Positions 18,751 through 26,989 of a DNA stretch of 64,000 bases are shown in pieces; the stretch's first letter is position 1, and every line of letters begins with the position of its first letter. This DNA is from an uncultured virus (IMG/VR IMGVR_UViG_3300050132_000502) (Duplodnaviria > Heunggongvirae > Uroviricota > Caudoviricetes): the IMG/VR virus record IMGVR_UViG_3300050132_000502; one strand, given 5' to 3'. The position numbers and the translations under genes were made by a program. The notes beneath the pieces are model-generated. The model had not been told where the DNA came from, made no database searches, and saw only the letters and a list, made by a program, of their open reading frames with translations.

Positions 18751-19785
18751 ATGGCAACGAACGTAAACCGACAGCCCAAGGGCACTCCCGTCGGTGGACG
18801 GTTCGCGGAAGGACGCAAGCCCGAGGGCGGCGACCTTTTCGAGACCACCAAGCCCCAAGATCGTGAACTTCAGGACCGTCAGGCCGCACTGATCGCCGGA
18901 CTCGGCATGAAGGCCACCGTCATCGCTGCCGGAGATCGCCCACGGTTCGCTGGCGACCAGAAGAAGGTAGATCGCTGGTGGGAGCGTAAGTTCATTGCGG
19001 GTGAATACTCACCCGGCGTCTCTCCCGAGGACCGGGACTTCAAGAAGATGCCCGATGACTACACCCCGAGCATGACGCCGGGTAACGCCACCACTCATAA
19101 TCGCCGGACTCACCGTATGCACTACGCCGGTCCCGAAGTTGACATGAGAATGCCGTCGTACGCCTCGGTCAATCGTTTCGCATCGGAGAACCCCGGCGAA
19201 TCATTCGACGTCCCCGTCACCGCCGAGTACCCCGGTGGCTCCATCGAAGGATGGGTCCGCGTCGCCCGCACCGAGAACGGTACGTGGCGGGCCAAGGGCC
19301 TCGGTTTCTCTCCCGAGCAGACCGCCTACGTTGACGAGGCCGTGCTGTGCGTTCTCGAAGCACGCCGACCCTCGCGAGCACTGAGTGGCGTGGCCTCACT
19401 GGTTGAAAGTCGCCGCGAGCGTTTCGCCCGACAGGGTGTGCAGGTCCCTCAGTTGGTGACGTCGGGCTGGATAAAGAATCTCGGCTACGACTCCGCCACC
19501 GACACCATGATGATGGAGACCGAGACCGGGAAGTCCTACGGCTACAAGGTGCCACTGCGTACCTACCAGGCCGTGGCACTGGCCCACTCCCCCGGATCAG
19601 TCTTCAACCGCATCGTGAAGAAGAACGCCGAGCGGGTCGAGGTGACGAAATGCCCGAACTGCAAGCGCACGTCCGCCGTACCTGGACACAAATGTCCACC
19701 CACCATGTCCGCGCCGCGCAATGACGACGAGGTTCGTGGGGACAACACGCGCATCCGTCGCTGGGTGAGCAAGCACCGCGTCTAA
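18751..19785 (+). CDS. Leader-tagged protein 25; KTSC-like domain plus Zn finger
   Basis: NRQPKGTPVGGRF; SGWIKNLGYD...GKSYGYKVP..Y..V..A.SPGSVFN; CPNC..HKC. Confidence 0.8.
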   Translation: MATNVNRQPKGTPVGGRFAEGRKPEGGDLFETTKPQDRELQDRQAALIAGLGMKATVIAAGDRPRFAGDQKKVDRWWERKFIAGEYSPGVSPEDRDFKKMPDDYTPSMTPGNATTHNRRTHRMHYAGPEVDMRMPSYASVNRFASENPGESFDVPVTAEYPGGSIEGWVRVARTENGTWRAKGLGFSPEQTAYVDEAVLCVLEARRPSRALSGVASLVESRRERFARQGVQVPQLVTSGWIKNLGYDSATDTMMMETETGKSYGYKVPLRTYQAVALAHSPGSVFNRIVKKNAERVEVTKCPNCKRTSAVPGHKCPPTMSAPRNDDEVRGDNTRIRRWVSKHRV

Positions 19786-19787
19786 TC

Positions 19788-20024
19788 GTGAAGCGTCAAC
19801 CGAAGGGCACACCCAAGGGTGGTCAGTTCGCGGAAGGTCGCAAGCCAGACGGACCTGATTTCCCGGCTACAGGCGATCTTCATCTCGGTAGTGGCGCAGT
19901 TGTCGAGGCCACCATCCATGACACAGGTGTAGTTCGTGGTGAAGCCACTCTGTACGCGAGTCGTGGGGTCGAGCCGAAGCGGAGCCTCGCCCAAAAACTC
20001 AAGAACTCACTGCGCCGCCCGTAA
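19788..20024 (+). CDS. Leader-tagged microprotein 26
   Basis: GTG start; KRQPKGTPKGGQF. Confidence 0.75.
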   Translation: MKRQPKGTPKGGQFAEGRKPDGPDFPATGDLHLGSGAVVEATIHDTGVVRGEATLYASRGVEPKRSLAQKLKNSLRRP

Positions 20025-20081
20025 CTCCGACCGACTTATCTGATTTGCACCCATAACTAAGGGTAGGAAAGAGGAGCACCC

Positions 20082-20975
20082 ATGACCGCACGTCAGCCAA
20101 AAGGCATCCCTGTTGGAGGCCAGTTCGCCGAGAGTCGCAAGCCCGACGGTGGCGATCTCGCAACATCAGTCGATACATTGCCGCCGCCCGTCGCTTCCTC
20201 GACCAAGGGGATATGGGACATCGAGCACGCCTCGAAGCCGAAGCCAATCGACCGAGGCAACGGGATCATCTCTACCTCGTTCAATCTCTCCGGCGAGCCA
20301 TCGGCCAACACCGACATTTCGGCACGCATCGCGGCCTACGAGAAGCCGAATGATCTCGACGAGAAAATTGCGGCCGCAATTGCGAGCAACGAGCCGGTCA
20401 CTGTTCTCAGTGTGGGTGACGGGGCCTTCGGCGGATCGTTTCCTCGAATCGTCCAAGGCAAACTCTTTCGAGGACGTAGTGGCGATGTTGCCTTCTTGCC
20501 AACCGGGAAGCGTACGCAAGGCTTCAAGTTGAAGACGCCTCTCGACATCATCTCCGACAAGAAGCCCGCGTCCATCACCGAGTTGAATCGTCGCTGGTAT
20601 GAAGGAACTGGTATCCCGCCCACCGAGCCGCTCACCTTAGAGATGCTCCGTGGCGCAAGCGAAGAGAATCCCATCGCCCTGATCTACACGCACCCCGGAT
20701 TCGATGGTGAGCCCACACCGGGCTGTGTCTGGTACATCGACTACTACGAAGAGGACGAAGACCAGGAGCCAGGAACCGGCATCGCGGGTGGCTACATGTG
20801 GGCTCCCGACGACCACGGACTCACCTCCGAGCACGGGTCGACCTACGCCAAGGAGATACTCACCAAGGGAGCCGTGGTGCCACTGAAGCCGGGGGTCAAC
20901 TTCAAGACGATGACAGAGTTGCCGGAAGATCGCGCAGGTGCGTACAAGCAGTTGTTCGGAGGGGCCGATGACTAA
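20082..20975 (+). CDS. Leader-tagged protein 27
   Basis: GAGGAG RBS; MTARQPKGIPVGGQF; C-terminal SEHGS motif. Confidence 0.85.
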   Translation: MTARQPKGIPVGGQFAESRKPDGGDLATSVDTLPPPVASSTKGIWDIEHASKPKPIDRGNGIISTSFNLSGEPSANTDISARIAAYEKPNDLDEKIAAAIASNEPVTVLSVGDGAFGGSFPRIVQGKLFRGRSGDVAFLPTGKRTQGFKLKTPLDIISDKKPASITELNRRWYEGTGIPPTEPLTLEMLRGASEENPIALIYTHPGFDGEPTPGCVWYIDYYEEDEDQEPGTGIAGGYMWAPDDHGLTSEHGSTYAKEILTKGAVVPLKPGVNFKTMTELPEDRAGAYKQLFGGADD

Positions 20976-21876
20976 TCGTCAGCCGAGGGGCATCCCAGTT
21001 GGAGGTCAATTCGCCGAAGGTCGCAACCCTGAGGGCGGAGACCTCGCGTCCGATGGCTTGCTCGCTACTTACAGCCAGATGAGGCAAGTCTTCGAGAGTT
21101 CCGTGGTGGAGATAGCCGACGGCGACGGTTCACAACTCAACGAGACCGACCACGACCGACTCATGGTCGCGGCTCGCAACTTCTTTGACAACCAGACGTT
21201 TCACCCACCCACCCGAAGTGGCATGAGAGAGATCGCCGAAAAGTTCGTGTATGAAGACCCCGCCGCGAAACTGATTCTTAGTCACGGCGCAACACCTCCA
21301 CCGACACCACCAGAAGACCTGAAGGCGACGTTGGAGGCCATGTGGCAAGAGGCCGAGTCTGAGTACAACGAAGCGTCCAAAGACAGCGCCGATGACGAAG
21401 AGAACGTCGGATACTGGGACGGGATGAAAGCGGGAATCGGCAAGGCGCAGGTCGCTCTCGCTGACTCTGGCTGGACTCCACCGACGACCTACCCCGAGAA
21501 CGAAGACGAACTTATGGTCATCTCAATGACCGTGAACCGTCGAACCGGAGAAGTCAACGTGACCACCGATGGAAAACTCTCGGGCAACACGGGGTTCCAG
21601 TACGCCTACGATCAACTCACCGAAGCGGCCAGCGACATCGTGTCGAGCAATCCTGAAGCGTTCATCACCGATCCTCTGCCTCGCACGATCACACTGAAGC
21701 ACGGCACCGTATCCGCGAGCAACTACGACAACGAGCACTTCTTCCTCTCCGAAGAGGCCGTCAAGGACGCCGAGTTCCTTCAGGACGATGGTGAGTACGT
21801 CTACCTGAAACTCAAGGACGGTCAAGTCGTCCTTCTCGACCCCATCGACGTTGAGGTCTCTGACCCACCGTTTTAG
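20968..21876 (+). CDS. Leader-tagged protein 28; multi-module acidic cargo
   Basis: ATG 20968; MTNRQPRGIPVGGQF. Confidence 0.85.
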   Translation: MTNRQPRGIPVGGQFAEGRNPEGGDLASDGLLATYSQMRQVFESSVVEIADGDGSQLNETDHDRLMVAARNFFDNQTFHPPTRSGMREIAEKFVYEDPAAKLILSHGATPPPTPPEDLKATLEAMWQEAESEYNEASKDSADDEENVGYWDGMKAGIGKAQVALADSGWTPPTTYPENEDELMVISMTVNRRTGEVNVTTDGKLSGNTGFQYAYDQLTEAASDIVSSNPEAFITDPLPRTITLKHGTVSASNYDNEHFFLSEEAVKDAEFLQDDGEYVYLKLKDGQVVLLDPIDVEVSDPPF

Positions 21877-21904
21877 GGAATTGGCGGGGCGTAGTCATCT
21901 TCGT

Positions 21905-21912
21905 GGGGCTAG
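21905..21912 (+). promoter_or_regulatory. Motif B (GGGGCTAG) upstream of the 21952-thyX operon
   Basis: Same 8-mer found upstream of 7 other gene starts. Confidence 0.55.
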
Positions 21913-21951
21913 GAAACCATTGAAGCGAGCAAGCCCTATGGAGACAACTAG

Positions 21952-22950
21952 ATGAAACTCAGTGACTACGACGACGCTAAATTCGCCGAGAGCCGAGACT
22001 CAGTCGCCAGGGGTGGTTTGCCTCTTCGTCGCACCACTCTTCCCGGCACTATTAAGCCCCTCGGCGAGTCACTGGTCTTGACTCCCGACAGCAACTTCGC
22101 CACGATCACGTTGACGCAACCGCAGATCATTCTGCTCGACGACGAGACACTCCACAAACTCCAACGCTCGATGGAAGCGAGTCTTGGTCACGCCCTCAAG
22201 ATCGCCGCTCGTAACCCCTTCATCACGTGCGTCGCTGTCGTGACCGACGCGCTCGCTCGTTCTTACTGGTCGCCCGACGTCGATCAATCCGGCAACGCGG
22301 CGATGTGGGCGAGGGCATTCAAACTCGATCCCAAAGACATCAACACCCCCAAGAGACTTTTTCGCCTCGCCGCCGAGTCCACCCAAGGCATGATGACCGG
22401 CGGAGCAACCGCACTCAAGGACGACGGAGTTATGGACCTTCTGCTCGATGAAGAAACCTCCTACGCGACGTCGTACAAGGCACTTTCGCTCATGGACAAG
22501 TTGGAAGAGATCAGTGAAGTTGGTTCGTCACTTCTTCGCTCTGACCCGTTACTGCGCGAACGCTACGTGTGCAATGGCGAAGTCTCGACGTTCACCAACG
22601 CTTCACTCACGGGCGGTGGAGAAATCAAGGGCATCCTCTCGTCACCCTCGAAATTGCGCGTGGCGAAGCCGCTCCTCGTCATGATTGGTCGCGAAGCGTT
22701 CAACACAGAGATACTCAGAATGTCGTATAAGAAAAGCGAAGGTGGACTCATCGCGACCATCAAGGCCACGGGCAAGGGAGTGTCCATCTCGAAGTTCATG
22801 GCTCGCGAAACGCCGTACCTCACGAACAAGCCGTACACGGGGAGTGGGTTCACCCCCAAGATGGCTTTGCGTGAGAGACTCACTACTCGTGAAGTACCCC
22901 TCGACGTGACGCTCGCCGCGTTCGGAGAACAGGAAGAGGAAGCATCTTGA
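21952..22950 (+). CDS. Hypothetical protein (no leader)
   Basis: 332-aa ORF with GGAG RBS. Confidence 0.75.
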   Translation: MKLSDYDDAKFAESRDSVARGGLPLRRTTLPGTIKPLGESLVLTPDSNFATITLTQPQIILLDDETLHKLQRSMEASLGHALKIAARNPFITCVAVVTDALARSYWSPDVDQSGNAAMWARAFKLDPKDINTPKRLFRLAAESTQGMMTGGATALKDDGVMDLLLDEETSYATSYKALSLMDKLEEISEVGSSLLRSDPLLRERYVCNGEVSTFTNASLTGGGEIKGILSSPSKLRVAKPLLVMIGREAFNTEILRMSYKKSEGGLIATIKATGKGVSISKFMARETPYLTNKPYTGSGFTPKMALRERLTTREVPLDVTLAAFGEQEEEAS

Positions 22951-23816
22951 CGTCAACACTTCAAATCGAAGCGCACATAGTCGCCGATTCCATCTCGACA
23001 ACCGGGGCTCGCATCACCACGGTGCAGGTCACCATTCACCGCTTCATGTTGCCCGAACTCAACACCCATCGAGTGTTCAGTCGCAACTCCGCATCGAGCC
23101 GCGCCATTCCCGTCAAGACGCAACTCGAACGTATCGAGGCATCACCCGCGTTCCCGATTTCGTGGCCCTTTGAGAAGCCCGGTATGCAGGGCGGCGGTGA
23201 ACTCGAAGGGAAGGACCTCGCCGAGGCGCAGGCTCTCTTTACTGAGGTCCACGCCTTCGTTATGAACGCGGTCAAGACCTACGTGGACGACCACCCCGAG
23301 ATCGAACACCGACTCCACAAGTCGGTCTTGAATCGCCTCCTCGAACCCTTCATGTGGCATACCGTGGTCATCACTTCGACCGAGTGGGATAACTTCTTCG
23401 GACTCCGTTGTTCACCACTCGCCCAGCCGGAGATTCGTCGAGCCGCCGAGTTAATCAAGGTGGCGTACGACGCCAGCACCCCCGTGAAGCGGAGTGAGTT
23501 CTCGATCAACAACGAATTCGACAGTTGGCACTTGCCGTACATCACGCTCATCGAGAGGGCGTCTCTGCCTCTGCGCGACCTACAGAAGATCAGTGTGGCT
23601 CGATGCGCTCGCGTGTCATCACTCCACGCCGGAGATGCTCGCGATTACGAGCAGGACTACCGTCTTGTTGACTCACTCACGAGTGCCTTTCCTCCTCACG
23701 CCTCACCACTGGAGCACGTCGCCGTTCCGTGTGACGACGCCGCCCACCACGAGCACGCCAACTTTGAGGGGTGGCACCAGTTACGCCACTTCGCAGGTTG
23801 GAACACCCGTGACTAA
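22947..23816 (+). CDS. thyX: Flavin-dependent thymidylate synthase
   Basis: HRFMLPELNTHRVFSRNSASSRAIP; NRLLEPFM; AQPEI; HASPLEH. Confidence 0.88.
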   Translation: MTSTLQIEAHIVADSISTTGARITTVQVTIHRFMLPELNTHRVFSRNSASSRAIPVKTQLERIEASPAFPISWPFEKPGMQGGGELEGKDLAEAQALFTEVHAFVMNAVKTYVDDHPEIEHRLHKSVLNRLLEPFMWHTVVITSTEWDNFFGLRCSPLAQPEIRRAAELIKVAYDASTPVKRSEFSINNEFDSWHLPYITLIERASLPLRDLQKISVARCARVSSLHAGDARDYEQDYRLVDSLTSAFPPHASPLEHVAVPCDDAAHHEHANFEGWHQLRHFAGWNTRD

Positions 23817-24105
23817 AACTGAAACATCTTGCGCCTGTAGCGAGGTCTACGCCGGAAGCGAGCCGACAGGCTCCTTCAACTGGAACCCGGATTGTCTCAT
23901 CCACGGCACCGAATCAAAGTGGTGGAACTCGACCGCGCAGGTAGCGCAACGTCGCAAAGACGATGAGCGTCTTCGGCTGATACAGACCAAGGCAAGATTC
24001 GCTCGTCAACTCGGCGTTGGTTGCCACGGACGTCCCATAGAAGAACTGGAGCCCGAGGGAGACTGTGAAGTCTGTGACCTCACTCGATCCGCACTAGAAA
24101 GGTAG
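23809..24105 (+). CDS. Cys-rich hypothetical protein
   Basis: GTG 23809 overlapping the thyX end; CAC..DCLIHG..CEVC. Confidence 0.5.
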   Translation: MTKTETSCACSEVYAGSEPTGSFNWNPDCLIHGTESKWWNSTAQVAQRRKDDERLRLIQTKARFARQLGVGCHGRPIEELEPEGDCEVCDLTRSALER

Positions 24106-24107
24106 CA

Positions 24108-24410
24108 GTGGACTATTTTCTCGCAGTGCTTGCCGTGGTAGTGACAGCCGTGGGATTCTTCTTCCGACGTCGGCCAAGCGCGGTCGTTCGCATCGTCGGT
24201 GACGTCATCATTGTGACGGGACTCCTCACGCTCGTCGAGTCGTTACTGACCATCCTCGGGGTAGTGTCGCCGTCTCCCACCAACATCAATGACCACGTGA
24301 CATCTCACGGGATCATGTTTGCGATCTTGATGGTCCTCTTAGACGCAGGGTTCTTCACGTTCGTATTCTTTCGCGCCCGAGGACGCAAGAGCCACGAGTT
24401 AAGCGAGTAG
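24108..24410 (+). CDS. Small membrane protein
   Basis: Three hydrophobic segments. Confidence 0.6.
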   Translation: MDYFLAVLAVVVTAVGFFFRRRPSAVVRIVGDVIIVTGLLTLVESLLTILGVVSPSPTNINDHVTSHGIMFAILMVLLDAGFFTFVFFRARGRKSHELSE

Positions 24411-25190
24411 CGCGGACACCAGTTCGATGTTCGCGTCGGCGTACGAGTCGACGATTGTTCGTAACTGTTCTCGCAAGGCCAGCACCGAGGAAAGTGACGC
24501 CTTGAATGCCACGTCCGTCCACTCGTCGCATCCTCGAAACCAGGTTGACGCCACGTCCGCTATGGGTCTGATCGCGGCGAGTTCACCAGCGGACAGAACC
24601 TCGTCAAGGGTATCGACCAACGACAACGCTCCGTCATGCCACGCACATCGATACAGCGGAGCCTGGAGCCACAACGCCGAGTCGAGGATCGACCGACCTT
24701 GACCGGAAACTTCGACACCCTTTTCGTCGAGCATGTCGAGAACCTCGTCGAAACTGCCGTCGAGCCACTTCTGGATTCGTCGTACTCCGTCCTCAGTCGT
24801 GGTGTCGATGCCCAGTGGCGCAAGCACGTCGGTCCACAGTCCGGTGATCGGGTCATAGAGTCCCGAGGCTTCTAGTTCGAGGCACAGCCGCACAGCCATG
24901 ACGTTTGTTCCTTCGGTCTGTCCGTCGTCGAGGAGCCAGAGCGCCGTGGTAGTTCGTGGGAGCCACCAGAGCGGTAGCCACATCGACGACGGATTGATGG
25001 AGCGCGGTCGTCCACTTTCGAGAAGCCTGCCTCCGTTGAACGGAAGGGGAAGTCTCGTGAGTGGTGACGCCACCACGTTGCTGACCCCGAGAGAGTGCAT
25101 GACCCTCTGCATACGAAGCGCCGCCTCAATCGGGTCGTGCGAGAGCAGCAACGAGTCACCTGGTTCGGTGAAGAATGTACGGTCGGTCAC
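24399..25190 (-). CDS. Hypothetical protein
   Basis: 263-aa ORF coupled to the upstream nuclease gene; PLWWLP..GLYDP..W.DVL. Confidence 0.7.
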   Translation of the reverse strand: MTDRTFFTEPGDSLLLSHDPIEAALRMQRVMHSLGVSNVVASPLTRLPLPFNGGRLLESGRPRSINPSSMWLPLWWLPRTTTALWLLDDGQTEGTNVMAVRLCLELEASGLYDPITGLWTDVLAPLGIDTTTEDGVRRIQKWLDGSFDEVLDMLDEKGVEVSGQGRSILDSALWLQAPLYRCAWHDGALSLVDTLDEVLSAGELAAIRPIADVASTWFRGCDEWTDVAFKASLSSVLALREQLRTIVDSYADANIELVSALLA

Positions 25191-25753
25191 GAAGCCTCCT
25201 CGGAAAGTGCAGCAATTCTGGCAAGCCCCATCCGGTCGCGCAGTGCGTCAAGCCACAGGTGCGCCGGAGCCACGTAGATGCCTCGCGCCGTCACTAACTC
25301 TCCCGTCTTGAGAACATGAGTGATGGCGGCGGGCATCGACTTCATCAAGATGACTGGTTCACCATTATCGAAGGGCCATTCAATACATGACGCGAGCCAC
25401 CTGGTGCCGTTGACGCGAGCGTGTTGCACGATAGAGAGTCCGACGGCGTACTCCAAAGGGGCCTTGGCGTTCTTCGCTTGGACGTGTGCGCCCTGAGCCG
25501 CCTGGATCAACGCTTGGCTGAGGTACTGACGCTTGAACGACTTGATCTGGATAGTCACTGCTCGGTCGTCGAAGCCGAATCCAAAGATGTCGCCGGTATC
25601 CATTGCTCGACCAGCACCGAGTTTGCGGTCGAGGTCGGCAACGGTATATTCGCCTTTGGCGAAGTGCCCGATCAAATCAGCGGCGTGCAACCGAAGGAAG
25701 TCTCGGGCCTCGCGTTCGCCGCGATCACCCTTGTTCTTATTGGCGTTCGCCAT
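25187..25753 (-). CDS. PD-(D/E)xK Holliday-junction-resolvase-like nuclease
   Basis: MANANKNKGDRGERE...GAGRAMDTGDI...TIQIK; GGAG RBS before 25753. Confidence 0.7.
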   Translation of the reverse strand: MANANKNKGDRGEREARDFLRLHAADLIGHFAKGEYTVADLDRKLGAGRAMDTGDIFGFGFDDRAVTIQIKSFKRQYLSQALIQAAQGAHVQAKNAKAPLEYAVGLSIVQHARVNGTRWLASCIEWPFDNGEPVILMKSMPAAITHVLKTGELVTARGIYVAPAHLWLDALRDRMGLARIAALSEEAS

Positions 25754-25872
25754 ACGCTCCTCTAGCGGTCTGTTGCCCAAAGGATAATGCCAAAAGGGTT
25801 GGTACGGTGGTATCTGCTCTCGTTCCAAGGTCGGTCAACTAGGGATAGATAGTCGTTAAGCGCATCACCCAC

Positions 25873-26346
25873 ATGGAGGAATTCAAAATGACTACGCTCA
25901 CCAAAATTGACCGAAACGCCCTCAGACTGATTGACGCAGAGATCACTGTTGCAATGACGGCCATCGCCGAAAAGTTCGGCTTGACCTACAAGCACGGCTC
26001 GGGACGATTCTCGGCCACCACCTATCGGACCAGCGCCGAGTTCGCTCTCCCCGCTGACCCCGAGACTGACCGCGCCGAGTTCGCTCGCAACGCCATGTTC
26101 ATACGCGACATCAAAGGTAACCAGGCGTTCACCGAGGATGACTTCGGTCGCACCTTCGTGCAGAACCGTCGCACCTACACTGTCACCGGACTTCACCCCA
26201 ACCGCCCTGCCTACCCCGTGACCGCGACTCGCGATGACGGTCGTGGCTACAAGTTCCCGGCCTCAATGGTGAGGTTGCTCTTGGACGGTGGCTACAAGTT
26301 CCCGGCCTCAATGGTGAGGTTGCTCTTGGACGCCGCCAAGAAGTAA
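25873..26346 (+). CDS. Phage-type hypothetical protein with duplicated C-terminal 15 aa
   Basis: GRTF..RRTYTVTGLHPNRPAYPV; GYKFPASMVRLLLD twice. Confidence 0.7.
   Translation: MEEFKMTTLTKIDRNALRLIDAEITVAMTAIAEKFGLTYKHGSGRFSATTYRTSAEFALPADPETDRAEFARNAMFIRDIKGNQAFTEDDFGRTFVQNRRTYTVTGLHPNRPAYPVTATRDDGRGYKFPASMVRLLLDGGYKFPASMVRLLLDAAKK
26243..26332. repeat. Perfect 45-bp tandem duplication
   Basis: gtggctacaagttcccggcctcaatggtgaggttgctcttggacg at 26243-26287 and 26288-26332. Confidence 0.95.
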
Positions 26347-26826
26347 ATGTTCTCATTCGTTTTCTGGCAGTCCGCCGTACAATTCGGTTTGCTCGGTGTT
26401 GCTGGCCTCGCTCTCAATGTCGCGTTGGTCGGCACCACCGGGTCTACCGGAACTCCACGAAAGAAACTCGCGGTGCGAGGACTCGTCGTCATGCTGATCG
26501 CCCTCGTGCTGGTAGCCGGTTCGGTACCACTGTTCGACAACGCGCCCGTGAGAAATTCGACTCTCTCACGCAACGACGCCCAGTTGATCGCGACCGACGC
26601 CGACCTCCTATCCAAGCCCACGTCACCCACGCAAGCGTTGTCGGTCATCAAAGAGGCGGCGGAGTCGGTCGAGACGCGCACCAACGACATCATCAAGGTC
26701 AACGAGGCGTATTTCTACCACTTCAACATCACGTCCTCCAACGGCCACGGCAAGAACACGTTCGCCGTCTGTGTGGCCTACAGCCACAACGACAATGTCT
26801 GGATTCCCTCCGTATCACCCTGCTGA
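26347..26826 (+). CDS. Membrane-anchored hypothetical protein
   Basis: Two N-terminal hydrophobic helices; C-terminal Cys pair. Confidence 0.6.
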   Translation: MFSFVFWQSAVQFGLLGVAGLALNVALVGTTGSTGTPRKKLAVRGLVVMLIALVLVAGSVPLFDNAPVRNSTLSRNDAQLIATDADLLSKPTSPTQALSVIKEAAESVETRTNDIIKVNEAYFYHFNITSSNGHGKNTFAVCVAYSHNDNVWIPSVSPC

Positions 26827-26851
26827 CCCAATGAACCGCAGGTCGCCAAGA

Positions 26852-26859
26852 GGGGCTAG
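26852..26859 (+). promoter_or_regulatory. Motif B upstream of dnaE
   Basis: GGGGCTAG in the intergenic region. Confidence 0.45.
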
Positions 26860-26989
26860 AGAGTCGGCAAGCAACGATGGAGAGGAAAAGTGATCAAGAC
26901 GCAAAACCACCTTCACCTATCCGCCCGTCGTAACACCATCCCGATAATCTGGATTCCTGTTCGTATGTCGCGACAGCGGCGAGGGTCAC

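Larger units (their letters stand above)
3677..20055 (+). promoter_or_regulatory. Motif A (GCACCCATA, followed by A/G), 10 copies in the array at 3677, 4236, 6461, 7600, 9760, 13674, 15990, 17648, 18710, 20047
   Basis: Exact 9-mer, always 9-32 nt upstream of a leader-bearing start codon, in gene orientation; CATAAT/CATAGT/CATAAC core resembles a -10 box. Confidence 0.75.
3710..21876 (+). repeat. Tandem array of 28 genes each starting with a conserved ~75-nt/25-aa leader (MTNRQPKGTPVGGQFAEGRKPEGGDL)
   Basis: Leader starts at 3710, 4269, 5069, 5761, 6479, 7618, 7857, 8405, 9256, 9793, 10299, 11099, 11713, 12372, 13055, 13296, 13706, 14533, 14789, 15580, 16031, 16258, 17079, 17678, 18751, 19788, 20082, 20968. 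Confidence 0.97.

Noticed and set aside
3668..20329. Many minus-strand ORFs containing PSGLRPSANCPPTGVP
   Set aside because: Antisense shadow of the + strand leader; no RBS or operon logic.
3710..21876. Repeat array as CRISPR
   Set aside because: Repeats are ~75-nt degenerate coding sequences separated by 150-1000 nt of in-frame ORF; no cas genes seen.
3710..21876. Integron cassette array or diversity-generating retroelement
   Set aside because: No palindromic attC-like sites, integrase or reverse transcriptase in the window; the repeat lies inside the 5' end of each CDS.
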